Shown piece after piece: positions 44,539 to 54,700 of a stretch of DNA of 64,000 nt. A model generated the notes under the pieces. That model ran no database searches. It was not told where the DNA came from and saw only the letters and a program-made list of their open reading frames with translations. Source of the DNA: an uncultured Acidobacteriota bacterium (GTDB taxonomy: Bacteria > Acidobacteriota > JAAYUB01). Location: positions 1,340 to 65,339 of the forward strand of contig CAYTBK010000007.1 in assembly GCA_964436005.1 (NCBI GenBank). Direction: 5' to 3'. Every line of letters starts with the position of its first letter. Within the stretch, counting starts at the first letter, position 1. The position numbers and the translations under genes are program-made.

Positions 44539-46747
44539 ATGAATCCGATGGTTCGCTACCCCGTGCCGGCACCCGCCACCCACAATCAAGTGGGGAAACG
44601 ACAGGCCCGTATTTCCAGGAGGGCAGCTCGTCAGATATTCTTTCTGTCGTTCATTTTTACGGTTCTGGTCATGCCTTTGCCGGCCGGGAGCGACGGTTGG
44701 ACCAACACTGGCCCGAACGACGGGGTGGTGGACCTGGCGGCCAGCCCCGTCGAAGGGCGCCCGGCCTGGGCTCTGATGCGAAACCGCGGCCTGCTGCGGA
44801 GCGACGACGGGCTGAACTGGCAGGCCGTCAACACGGGGGACCTCGCCCGGTCCTTCACCCGGCTCTTCGCCGACCCGCAGGACCCCGCCGCCCTGTTCGC
44901 CGCGGCCGGCGCTTCGGGCGTCCTTTACCGGAGCGCGGACGGAGGGCTTTCCTGGACGCCGGTCCTCACCCTGACCCCGGGGGCAGGCACCTTGTTCGAC
45001 GGTTACCAGTGCGCGCCCTCGGATCCGGCCTTCCGGTACGTCTCCTGCGGGCAGGCGGTGTACTGGAGCGAGGACGGCGGCTTGCATTGGTCGCCGCTGC
45101 CATCGGCCCCCCCCGAAAGCCATCACCGGCTGCCTGGCGGTCTGCCCGGACGACCCGCGCCAGTTCGTCACCAGTTACACCGACACGACGTACTCCCCGT
45201 GGGGAACCGTCAGCTGTCCGGCGGTGGCCCGGTACTCCGTGACGGGGAACACGCTCACGCCGCTCCTGGCCCTGGAGGCCTCGCAGTATCCCTTCTTCCC
45301 GACCGCCGCGGTGGTCGATCCGGAAAACCCGCAGCGGATGTTCGTGCTGGCGAACCGGTATTCTCCGGGCGGGCAGTACAGCATGTTGTACTCGTCTTCC
45401 GACGGAGGAGCCCATTGGAGCGAGCAGTGGTTGGATTTCTCCGGCATGACCCTCCTGAGGCTGGAACGGTTGCCGGAAGAAACCCTCTGCGTGGCCGGAG
45501 ACGGAGGGGTTCTGACCAGCCGGGACGGCGGCCTTACGTGGAGCGCTTCTCTGTCCTGTTCCCCCGATCGCCTGGTGGTGATGCCCGGGCCGCCCAGCCG
45601 GGTTGTGGCCTTGCGCTTGAATCAGCTCGTCATCAGCTCGGACGGAATGATCTCCTGGCAGGACCCGGAGTCCGGAATGTCCACCGCCAGCATCCTGGTC
45701 ATGATTTCCCGCTGGCTCGGCACTTGGTATAGCTGGGACGTCCTGGCCACCGCAGACTCCCCAACCGTGGCCCTGGCTTTCAGCTGTGATCTTTCTCTCC
45801 CGCATTACCGAGATTACTACGACGCGACGGGGCAAGGGCGCATCCGCATCCGCGGCGAGAACCTGGCGACGACGGGCCTGCCGGAAGTGTCCTGCCTCAG
45901 CCTGGCCGCCACTGCCGGGACGGGCGGCCTGGACGAGCTCTACCTGGGCACGACCGAAGGGATTTACCGGGGGATCCGCGGTTGGGGGACCACCTGCACC
46001 TGGAGCCGGCTGTACCCGGCCGGGGGCGGGACCTTCCCCGTGCGCTGCCTTTCCGTGAGCCCCGGCGACCCGACGATTCTCTTCGCCGGCACGGACGAAG
46101 GCGTCTATCGGGGTTCCACCGGATCGGTCGATTCCTGGCAGCGGCTGGGCGATCTGCCCGCGGTTCCCGTGCGCCAGGTGCTGGCGCACCCCGCCAGCCC
46201 CTCCACCCTCTACGCCGCCACGGCCGACGGGTTTTTCCGTTCCGCTGACGGGGGCGCGAGCTGGAAGGACTGTTCGGGCGGCCTGACCGTGCGGGACGTC
46301 CGGGCCCTGCTGGCGCACCCGCTGAACACCGAAACGCTGTACGCAGGGACGGCGGGGGGCGGCGTGTTCCAGAGCCGCGACCGGGGGGAGACCTGGGTCT
46401 CTCTTGGCGGCCCGCACGATCCGGACGTCCGCGCGCTCGGTTTCAGTGTTCACCCTTTCACGATTCATGCCGGAACGGCGTCGGAAGGCGAGTTCGCCTT
46501 TTCCCCGAGCGGGGAGTACGATCTGGACCGAAACGGTTTCACCGACGCCGCGGATCTGGCCTTGCTGGGTTCCGTGCTGGCCGGCAACATGGCCCTGAAC
46601 GGGTTCCGGTCGAAAAACGGCTGGCTCTTCCCGGATTACGCGGAAAGATACCCGCAGCCCGACCCGGTCCGGCACCTGGACCTCAACGGCGACGGGAAAC
46701 GGGACATCCTCGACTTTTGCCGGCTGAAGGGCTTGGTCGATCCCTGA
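44539..46747 (+). pseudogene. Secreted BNR/Asp-box beta-propeller protein with C-terminal dockerin-like module, frameshifted in a C8 run at 45107-45114
   Basis: SxDGGxxW repeats occur in two frames (RSDDGLNW, RSADGGLSW, WSEDGGLHW; then SSSDGGAHW, TSRDGGLTW, RSADGGASW, QSRDRGETW). Removing one C joins them into 735 aa. Dockerin-like DLDRNGFTDAADL and DLNGDGKRDILD. Confidence 0.8.
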
Positions 46748-46790
46748 TGCGTCGTTGCCCGGCTGGGAACGCTTTTTCCCGAACCGCCGG

Positions 46791-49700
46791 CTAGTTCTGC
46801 TGGATGGTCATCCGCAGCAGGTTGACCAGGTCCAGGGCGTCGGCGCCCGGGGCCCCGTCCAGGTCCGCCGCCCCGGCGGAGGCGGCGAAGGGGTACTGGC
46901 CCGGCGTCACGTTGCCGGCCAGGAAGTGGATCATGACCACGAGGTCGAGGGCGTTGACCCGGGTGTCCAGGTTCAGGTCGCCCGGCGTGAGCTGGCCGTC
47001 GGCCGGCCGGATGAAGATGTAAGTGGTGTCGGAACCCGTGTTGAGGCGGTTGTCCTCGGCGCGGAACTCGATTTCGTGCAGCCCGGCGGCCAGGTTGCGG
47101 ACGGCCAGGGACGGTCCGGTGCCCAGCAGGCCGTGGCGCGATGATGTCCACGACATGTGGGCGGCCGGGAAGGCCGGTTCGTCGATGTCGGAGACCACGC
47201 CGTCGAAGACCACCGTGTCGTTCTGGGAGAAGATGGTCAGGGCGGACGGGCTGGCGATGCTGGCCTGGGGCGCCTGCCCGGCCTTGCTGAAGACGAGGTC
47301 GGAGACGTCCTCCGCCGTGTTGATCCCGTCGGTGGCCTGGACCTTGACCAGGCTGCTCTTGAGGCCTTCCGGAAGGGTGGACAGGTCGACGGTGTAGTAG
47401 CTCCTTCGCTCGTCCGAGGACAGCATCTGCCACGTCGTGCCGTTGTCGGGGCTGAAGAGCACGGCGTACGTCAGCGGGTCGCCGTCGGAATCGCCGCCGG
47501 TCCAGGTGATGGTCTGGAAACCCGTCCCGTTCCAGGACTCGCCGCCGTTCGGGGAGAGGACCCGCACCGTCGGGGCCTTGGGCCCGGCCTGGATCTTGAT
47601 GCTTTCCCCGAAACTGCCTTCCAGCAGAATGGTCTGCGTCCCCGACTTGGCCGGCAGGACCTGGGTGAAGAGCCCGCGGCCCTTCATGTCGATGATGGGG
47701 GCGACGTCGAACTGCCGCTCGAAGAGCGTGGCGCCCTGGCCGTCCAGCAGGCGCAGCTTGCAGTTCCCCGTGCCCTGCTGGTCGGAGGAGCCGGCGGGGA
47801 GCAGCCCCTGCCAGGCCGGGTCCAGAATGGCCTTGCCGCCCTGGACCAGGCCGCTGACGTAGAGGTAGGGGGCGGGGGGGGCGCCGGCATTGTCGGAAGG
47901 TGCGGCCGGCGGGGCCGTCGTGCAGGGTGACGGCCGCTCCGGCGACCGGTCCTGCCGGAGCGTGGCCCCGAAATACCCCCGCAGCCAGTTCCACGAGTAG
48001 ACCGACATCCAGGTGTCGCCGCAGTAGGACATCAACGCCCCGTAGTCGTCGGGGTCCTTGAGGCTGAGGCTGTTGTCCGGCTCGATCTGGACGCCCCAGT
48101 CCCCGATGGACGCTTCGGGCAGCAGCGTGCCGTCCTGGTCCCGGTACGCGGGGTATGGTTCGTAAGGGCCCGCGGGGTCGTCGCAGCCCTGCACGTGCCC
48201 CAACCCGTAGGCGTGGCCGATCTCGTGGGCCGTGGTCATCCGGTAGAATTCACTGTCCGAGGCCACCGAGATGCAGACGGGGAAGTCGGCGTCGGTGATC
48301 CCGCGGTTGAGGAAGGACGGGTGCATGAGCGCCAGCCAGACCGAGCCGCAGTTCCAGGTGGGCGGCTGGCAGTGACGGAAGCCCAGGGCGTAGTGCAGGC
48401 CGTGGAGGAAAGCGGACAGGTTGTCGTCGTCGCCCGTGCTGATGACCTCGTGGGTGGTGGCCACGCCCGTGTTCAGCACGCTGATCATGTCGGGCGGGAC
48501 CGGGTAGATCTGGCGGGTGCGGACGATGTTCCGCGTGCAGTCGGCCCAGGTCGGCTCCACATTGCCTTCGCTGGCGGAGCGGACCTTGTACACGTGCACC
48601 GTCATGCGGCAGTCCGCTTCGTGGAAGACGACTTCCTGGATCACCGAGTTGTACGCGTCGTAGCCGCCCGGTTTCTCCGGGATGTGGTTCCAGGCGTTGA
48701 CGGTGGCCTCCAGCCGGGTCGTGCCGGCGGTGGTCCAGTTGCTGGGCAGGATGAAGTTGAAGCTGCGGTCCGTGCTTTCCCGCTGCCACGCCAGGGTTTC
48801 GAACCGGTTCAGGGTCAACTCGTTGAGGGCGTAGATGGGCGAACCCTCCATCTCCACGCCCCCGCGGTAGGCCCGCAGCAGGCACGGAACGCCCGGGATG
48901 TTCTCGTCGGTGCTGAGCAGCGTGGCGTATACCCGCACCAGGGTGGTCTTGCCGCGGACCAGGGTCGTGGTGTGGGAAGGCCCGGGCGGGGTGATCCCCA
49001 GCTTCTCCCATCCCTGGATGGCCTGGGTCGGCTCCAGCGCGCGGGCGCGGAAGTCCAGCGTGTCGGGGTAGGACGGGGGCGGCGGGTCCGGCGGGAGGTA
49101 CTCCACGTCAATGCTGTCCCGGTCGTCGTTCCCGTCGAAGTCCACCGCCCGGACCTGGAGCGAGTGCGTCCCCTCCGTGTCGCCGATGCGGATGGGGGCA
49201 CTGAACAGATACGTGTTCGTTCCCGGGATGGGGATGGGCGTGATGGGGCCGTCCAGGTGGCCGTCGTGCCAGGCCTGCAGGTACAGCAGGCCGCGGTCTT
49301 CCTCCACGGTGCCGCCCACGAAGAACACGGAAGTCCGGGAGGGGTGTTCGGTCGTGCCTTCGGGGCTGACGTCGGTGATTTCCACCACGGGAGGCGTGGT
49401 GTCGGCCGGCGGGGCGGCCACCGTGCCGTCGTAGACCTTCACGAGCACCGCGTCCAGGATTTCCGGCGCGAAGGCGGCGCCGTAGGTGATTTCCACGCAG
49501 CCGATGGTCCCGTGGTTGGCGCTGCCGGCGGTCGTTTCCACCTTCAACTCGTGGTAGCAGGGCGTCGGGCCGTTCCCGAGGTTCACGGTGGCCGAGCCGA
49601 CCAGGTCGCGGTACCCGCCGTCGGTGCGGTAGGCGTACATCGAGGCGACCACCGGCAGGGGTGCGCGCTCGTCCATTCCGACGTATACGCGCACGGAGTG

Positions 49701-50036
49701 CGAGGTGAAACCGGTGAGGGTCAGGCAGATCTTCTCGTCGGCGCTGCCGAATTCGCTGCCGAGAGCCGGGACGTTCTTCAGCACGTTGGGGGCCGAGCGG
49801 GCGTCGGCCCAGGCCGTGACGGTGGGGCGGCCGTTGCTTTCGAAAATGACGCCCCGCCCGCCGCCCAGGTCGGCGTACGGTTGGTGGGCGGCGTTGAAAA
49901 CGTAACTGGCCGCCAGTTCGTCGAAGTTGAGCAGGTGCTGGACGACGGTGGGAGCGGGCCGGGAAAGGGCCGCCCCGACGAGGATCAGAAGAGCGAGGGG
50001 CATTCCCGCCACCCGGCGGAAGCTCGTGGTGCGCAT
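46791..50036 (-). CDS. Secreted metzincin metalloprotease with Ig-like domains and C-terminal dockerin-like module
   Basis: Signal peptide; HEIGHAYGLGH (HExxHxxGxxH) and Met-turn ALMSYC; DTTPPVVEIT, VLSPNGGESW and PKD-like segments; GDLNLDTRVNALDL and DLDGAPGADALDL. Confidence 0.85.
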   Translation of the reverse strand: MRTTSFRRVAGMPLALLILVGAALSRPAPTVVQHLLNFDELAASYVFNAAHQPYADLGGGRGVIFESNGRPTVTAWADARSAPNVLKNVPALGSEFGSADEKICLTLTGFTSHSVRVYVGMDERAPLPVVASMYAYRTDGGYRDLVGSATVNLGNGPTPCYHELKVETTAGSANHGTIGCVEITYGAAFAPEILDAVLVKVYDGTVAAPPADTTPPVVEITDVSPEGTTEHPSRTSVFFVGGTVEEDRGLLYLQAWHDGHLDGPITPIPIPGTNTYLFSAPIRIGDTEGTHSLQVRAVDFDGNDDRDSIDVEYLPPDPPPPSYPDTLDFRARALEPTQAIQGWEKLGITPPGPSHTTTLVRGKTTLVRVYATLLSTDENIPGVPCLLRAYRGGVEMEGSPIYALNELTLNRFETLAWQRESTDRSFNFILPSNWTTAGTTRLEATVNAWNHIPEKPGGYDAYNSVIQEVVFHEADCRMTVHVYKVRSASEGNVEPTWADCTRNIVRTRQIYPVPPDMISVLNTGVATTHEVISTGDDDNLSAFLHGLHYALGFRHCQPPTWNCGSVWLALMHPSFLNRGITDADFPVCISVASDSEFYRMTTAHEIGHAYGLGHVQGCDDPAGPYEPYPAYRDQDGTLLPEASIGDWGVQIEPDNSLSLKDPDDYGALMSYCGDTWMSVYSWNWLRGYFGATLRQDRSPERPSPCTTAPPAAPSDNAGAPPAPYLYVSGLVQGGKAILDPAWQGLLPAGSSDQQGTGNCKLRLLDGQGATLFERQFDVAPIIDMKGRGLFTQVLPAKSGTQTILLEGSFGESIKIQAGPKAPTVRVLSPNGGESWNGTGFQTITWTGGDSDGDPLTYAVLFSPDNGTTWQMLSSDERRSYYTVDLSTLPEGLKSSLVKVQATDGINTAEDVSDLVFSKAGQAPQASIASPSALTIFSQNDTVVFDGVVSDIDEPAFPAAHMSWTSSRHGLLGTGPSLAVRNLAAGLHEIEFRAEDNRLNTGSDTTYIFIRPADGQLTPGDLNLDTRVNALDLVVMIHFLAGNVTPGQYPFAASAGAADLDGAPGADALDLVNLLRMTIQQN

Positions 50037-50148
50037 CGAACCCTCCCTTGCCCAGGCAGGCCAAAACTGCAGCCCTGGTGCGCTTCGGCAGGGGCACGCG
50101 GAACTGCGGGATGCCCGGGCACCATGATGTTGAGCAGCGACTTACAAA

Positions 50149-50177
50149 ATTGTACACCGCAAAGGCGGCACTGGCAA
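50149..50177 (-). promoter_or_regulatory. Sigma70-type promoter TTGCCA-17-TACAAT
   Basis: Read directly upstream of the metzincin gene; spacer counted. Confidence 0.65.
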
Positions 50178-50191
50178 GCCTGTTTTCAGGC

Positions 50192-50228
50192 GGGAAAGGG
50201 AAAGCGGGCCCGTGGGCGGGGGCCCGCT
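50192..50228 (-). terminator. Probable intrinsic terminator
   Basis: GCGGGCCC / GGGCCCGC stem followed on the minus strand by TTTCCCTTTC, just after the stop at 50258. Confidence 0.55.
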
Positions 50229-50257
50229 CTCCGGTGCGGGGCGATTCGAGCGCCTGG

Positions 50258-51427
50258 TCAGTACGTCTGGAGCAGGAGGGTGTACTCGGCCGGGTACGAA
50301 CCGGACTTCGGGGTTCCCGTGACCCGGATGAAGAAATTCCCCGTGCGGTTGGCGGTGTAGGTGAAATCCTGGTCCCCGTACCCCCAGAGCGAGGTGCCCG
50401 TCGTCAGGACGCTGCCCACGTCGTCGAGAAGGTCGAGATAGACGTCCTGGTCGGAGACGACGCCGAAAATGCGGTCCAGCAGGCAGGCCGTGATGGTCTG
50501 CCCGTTCTGCAGCGGAACCACGAAAAAGTCGTCGTCCGTCGTCTGGCAGAAGGAACCCGTGGCCATGGCCGGCAGGGACCCGATCGGATCGGCCGTGTTC
50601 AAGGAATTGTTCGGTTCCTGTTCGAACTTGGTTTCGTGGATCTGGTCCGTGCGCGGAGACGAGGGGATGGAGGTGAAAACCGTCCGGTCAGGATGGCTTG
50701 TCGTGCGGATGGCCATCAGGCAGAAAGTGTGTCTGGAATAGAAGTTGACAATGTCCTTGTACGGTCCCAGTTCCGGGAAGAGCAACCGCAGGTAGTTGGC
50801 CGCCTGTCCTCTTGCCGGGATGCTGATGTTCTGGTCCACAGGGCCCTGGCCGGTGTACACCCGGGCCGTGACGATGATGGGCTCCGAGTTCGGGTTGGCG
50901 ATGCCGAAGGACATGTCGGTGTTCAGTCCGGGCAGCGGATCGTCGTTGCGGACCACGGCCTCGACGTAGGTGTCGGTCGCCGGACGGGTCGGCGGGACAG
51001 AGACTTCGAACTCCATGGGCGGGTCGGGGGTGTCGGTGAGGTAGATGCCGTAACTGCAGCTTACCACGTACAAAGGCTTTTCGGAACGGATCCAGGCCCA
51101 GCCCATGCCGAGGTTCCCGGACCCTGTGGACATGCAGGTGACTGTTTGGTCTTGAAAATCCCCGTAGAACGAAGTGTTCGTCCCGTTCAGCGAGAGCATT
51201 TCCTCGCTGGACATGGTGATGGAGAGCGGGTTCCCGTCGGCCGCAAAAAAGTAGATCCAAACGTCCCCATCCCCCGAGATGGTGAAACGGGTTCGGTAGG
51301 AAACGTTCCCGTACGTACCGAAGGCGACTTGCGGGAAGATGTAGTCGTTGATGGCCATGGCGGCGTCGGACACCCCGGCGAAAAGAAGGAAGGACAGGAG
51401 GATGGTGCGGATCGACAATCGTCTCAT
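50258..51427 (-). CDS. Secreted protein with C-terminal PPC-like (pre-peptidase C-terminal) domain
   Basis: Start MRRLSIRT at 51427 after AAGGAGG; signal peptide; YIFPQVAFG; EQEPNNSLNTADPI...DDDFF...TGNFFIRV. Confidence 0.75.
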   Translation of the reverse strand: MRRLSIRTILLSFLLFAGVSDAAMAINDYIFPQVAFGTYGNVSYRTRFTISGDGDVWIYFFAADGNPLSITMSSEEMLSLNGTNTSFYGDFQDQTVTCMSTGSGNLGMGWAWIRSEKPLYVVSCSYGIYLTDTPDPPMEFEVSVPPTRPATDTYVEAVVRNDDPLPGLNTDMSFGIANPNSEPIIVTARVYTGQGPVDQNISIPARGQAANYLRLLFPELGPYKDIVNFYSRHTFCLMAIRTTSHPDRTVFTSIPSSPRTDQIHETKFEQEPNNSLNTADPIGSLPAMATGSFCQTTDDDFFVVPLQNGQTITACLLDRIFGVVSDQDVYLDLLDDVGSVLTTGTSLWGYGDQDFTYTANRTGNFFIRVTGTPKSGSYPAEYTLLLQTY

Positions 51428-51529
51428 GGTGCCTCCTTGATCTTCGGAAGCCCGTTCCGGGCGGGCGAAGACGAAACTCCGCATTCTGCGTGCACTCCCC
51501 TGTCGCCCGAAAGGCTGCCGGTTTCCTCC

Positions 51530-51558
51530 ATCATGACCGTGAACGCTCAATCCGTCAA
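51530..51558 (-). promoter_or_regulatory. Sigma70-type promoter TTGACG-17-CATGAT
   Basis: Read directly; spacer counted. Confidence 0.55.
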
Positions 51559-51774
51559 CCTGTATTTGCCAGTGCAACCGGTGGGATTTGCCGGCCGTCG
51601 GACTCCTTTTCGTTGTATGATTCGCCTCGTCGCAGAGCGGGTTTCCCCCCTCTTCTCCAGGCCTGGCCGGGTTGGAATCGCGACCGGCGACGTCCCGAGG
51701 GCGGTGCGCCTTTTGAGCGATGCGTCAGCGAGGGTTCAGTGAGTTTGTTGAATACTCGAGGCGGAAGATTTCGT

Positions 51775-54700
51775 ATGAGGCCGCTTGATATCCATGCGGG
51801 GCGCGGTATGTATTCATGGGCAGTCCGATTGTCCGTTGCGATATTGGCTTGCCTTTGCCTGCAGGCCGGGGCGGCCGATCCGCAGGCCTGGATTCGTTTC
51901 CGGAACATCGGGGTGGAGGACGGACTGCCCGAAAACAGCCCCCGAATACTGCTGCAGGACCGGATCGGCTTCCTGTGGATTGGAACGCAGAACGGTTTGC
52001 TTCGCTATGACGGGACGCGCTACAAGATCTTCAAGCCGGACCCGGACAACAAGAGACATATGCGGGGAAGAAGCGTCAGCGCCCTGGCGGAAGGCCTCGG
52101 GGAGAGGCTCTGGATCGGGACGGAGGCAGGCCTGGAGATGCTTGACCGAAAGACGGGCAAGTTCACCCATTACCCCATCGACTCCGGCAGGGTGGAAGCT
52201 TTCAGCAACAAGCCTTTTGGCATCGTGGAGGACGAATCCGGGAAAGTCTGGGTCGTGACGGAAGGGCTCAACCTGGAGCGGCTGGATCAGGAAACGGGCA
52301 AGGTGGTCCGTTTCCGCCACCGGGCCAGCGACCCCTCTTCGCTGGACAGCGATATCGTTCCTTCCAGGCATTGCATTTACAAGGACCCCACCGGGAGAAT
52401 CTGGGTTGGCACGCAAAAAGGAGTCAGCCTCTTCGACCCGGCGACAGAAGGCTTCCGGCGTATTCGCACGATGAAACTGCCCAACGGGATCGGATGCGTG
52501 AATTTCCTGCAGGCGTCCCGACGGTTTCCGGGCGCTTTTTGGGCGGGCACAGCGGGCAACGGACTGTTCCTCATCCAGCCCGATGCAGGTGAGAAACCAT
52601 TTCTGGTGTGGCAGTTTTCGATACAGGACCGGAACTCGTTCCGGGCTGCGGCCAACTGGGTTTTCGGTTTGCTGGAGGATCGGGCCGGGAATGTCTGGCT
52701 GGCCACGTCGGATGGCCTGTACCGTTTCGATCCGGCTTCCGGCGTGTCCCGGGCGGTCGCCCAGGCCAATGTGGGGGCGAACCAGGAAAACGCCTTCATC
52801 GGCCCCTTCCTGGAAGACCTGCACGGGAACATCTGGTTCCGGACGGTCTCGGCCAAGGCCGTCTGCCGGTTCTCGCCCGCGAGCGGGGCACTGGTGGTGC
52901 TGGACGGGTCCGAAACGGACAACACTGGGTTTCGTGTCGGCAACCGGATCTTCGACATGCTGGTGGACAAGGGAGGCGCCCTCTGGATCGGAACCTGGGT
53001 GGGCGGCCTGAACATGATGGATCCCACCCAGCAGAGGTTTCCGGGCCTGCAAGGCTCCGCGGGCGGACGGCCCGGGTTGGCCGCCGACAACGTCCGAAGC
53101 TTGTGCTGCGACCGGGAGAACCTGTGGATCGGGACGAGCGCCGGGCTGGATTGCCAGAACCTGGCAAACGGAGAGATCCGGCACAACGTTCTGGCGCCCC
53201 CGGGAAATGACGCGTCCATCAATGCCGTCCGCTGCCTGGCCGCGGATGCGGCCGGGAAAATATGGGTGGGCGGTTCGAACGGCATTTCGGTCATCGCGCC
53301 GGGATCCAAACAGATGCAGCGGTTTGTCCACCGGGAGCCGGTTCTTCCCCCTTCGTTTTTCCCGCGGCTGGACGAACTGCTGCGGGGGAAGGCTCGCGCT
53401 GCCGGGATCCTCACCGTTGGCGATGGCGCCAACCTGGCGGCGCCGTTTTCCTTGACGGCCCCTACCGCCATGCTGGTCGTTTGTACCGGGGAAGGGGCAA
53501 CGGAACTGGTGGACCGCGGCTGGCTGGAAGGCGCACAGGGGCGCGTGCTGTGGAACATGAAGCCCGAAAACACCTTTCCTGCCGGCGGCGATGAGCAGAA
53601 CCGCTTGTCTTTTGCCGTGGTGCGACTGGCTGCGGGGAACTACACGCTCCGCTACCGCAGCAACACGGCGCATTCGGCCTTCGGGTGGCGGAGAAAACTG
53701 CCCGACCGGCCCGACTTGTGGGGCATCCAGGCCCTGACTCTCACGCCCGCCCAGGAGAAGGTGTTTTCCTCCCTGCTGTCCGCGCGGAATACGAACAGCC
53801 TCTCCCACAATTATGTGCGGGCCATTCTGCCCGACCATCAGGGAAACATCTGGGCCGGGACGTTGTACGGCCTGAATCGTCTGAACCCGGCCACCGGGGA
53901 GGTTCGCCGATACTATGGCGAAAACGAGAACCCTGCGAGTCTCGGCGATTCCAACATCACCTGCATCTACGAGGACAGCGCGGGTTCCTTGTGGGTCGGG
54001 ACGAACGACGGCGGGTTGAGCCGGTTCCGGCCGGAAACGGACGATTTCGAGCGGTATCTGCCCAAGCATTGCATCCTGTCCATCCAGGAGGACCATTCCG
54101 GGCACTTCTGGCTGGGCACGTACGAATTGGGTCTTTGCCTGCTGGACAGAAGGACGGGCGCCACCAAGTATTTTTCCGAGCGCGACGGCCTGTGCAGCGA
54201 CCTGGTGACGGGGAACGTGCCGGACAGGGAGGGCTTCCTGTGGCTCGGCACGTCGCGGGGCCTGTCCCGCTTCGACCCGGCCCGCCAGATTTTCAAGAAT
54301 TACAGCGTGGTGGATGGCAAAACGGTCAACGACACCGTCCAGACCATGTTGCAGCTGCCGGACGGGACGATCTGTCTGGGCGGAAAGAAAGGGCTGAACC
54401 GTTTCCGGCCGTCGGAGCTGCAGGACAATCCCAACCCGCCCGCCGTGGCGTTGATCGGGTTCCGGCTTTTCGGCGAAATGGTCCGACCCGAGCCGAACGG
54501 CCCTTTGCGGGAGGACATCTCCATCGCCGAAGAAATCGTTTTGCCCTGGCACCAGAACAATATTTCATTCGAATTTGCCGCGCTGCACTTCAGCGCGCCG
54601 GAGAAAAACAGCTACGCATACATGCTGCACGGGATGGACAAGGCCTGGATCCATTGCGGGGCGGAACGGACGGCCAATTACACCAATCTCGATCCGGGCA

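Noticed and set aside
41197-45732. 1511-aa ORF
   Set aside because: Only the part from ATG 44539 to the C8 run is protein-like; the rest is an off-frame shadow of the 41255-44530 gene and of the post-frameshift sequence.
50037-50148. Long leader of the metzincin gene as a possible riboswitch
   Set aside because: No recognisable c-di-GMP, SAM, TPP or cobalamin motif by eye; hairpins are of the kind expected at this GC content. An Infernal/Rfam scan would settle it.
957-54552. Very long alternative-frame ORFs (e.g. 957-3431, 6263-8521, 10013-13258, 13228-15183, 23405-26878, 35017-39003, 41285-44572, 48195-50360, 51814-54552)
   Set aside because: They lie antisense to, or out of frame with, clearly recognisable genes, carry no motifs, and are expected shadows of high-GC codon bias.
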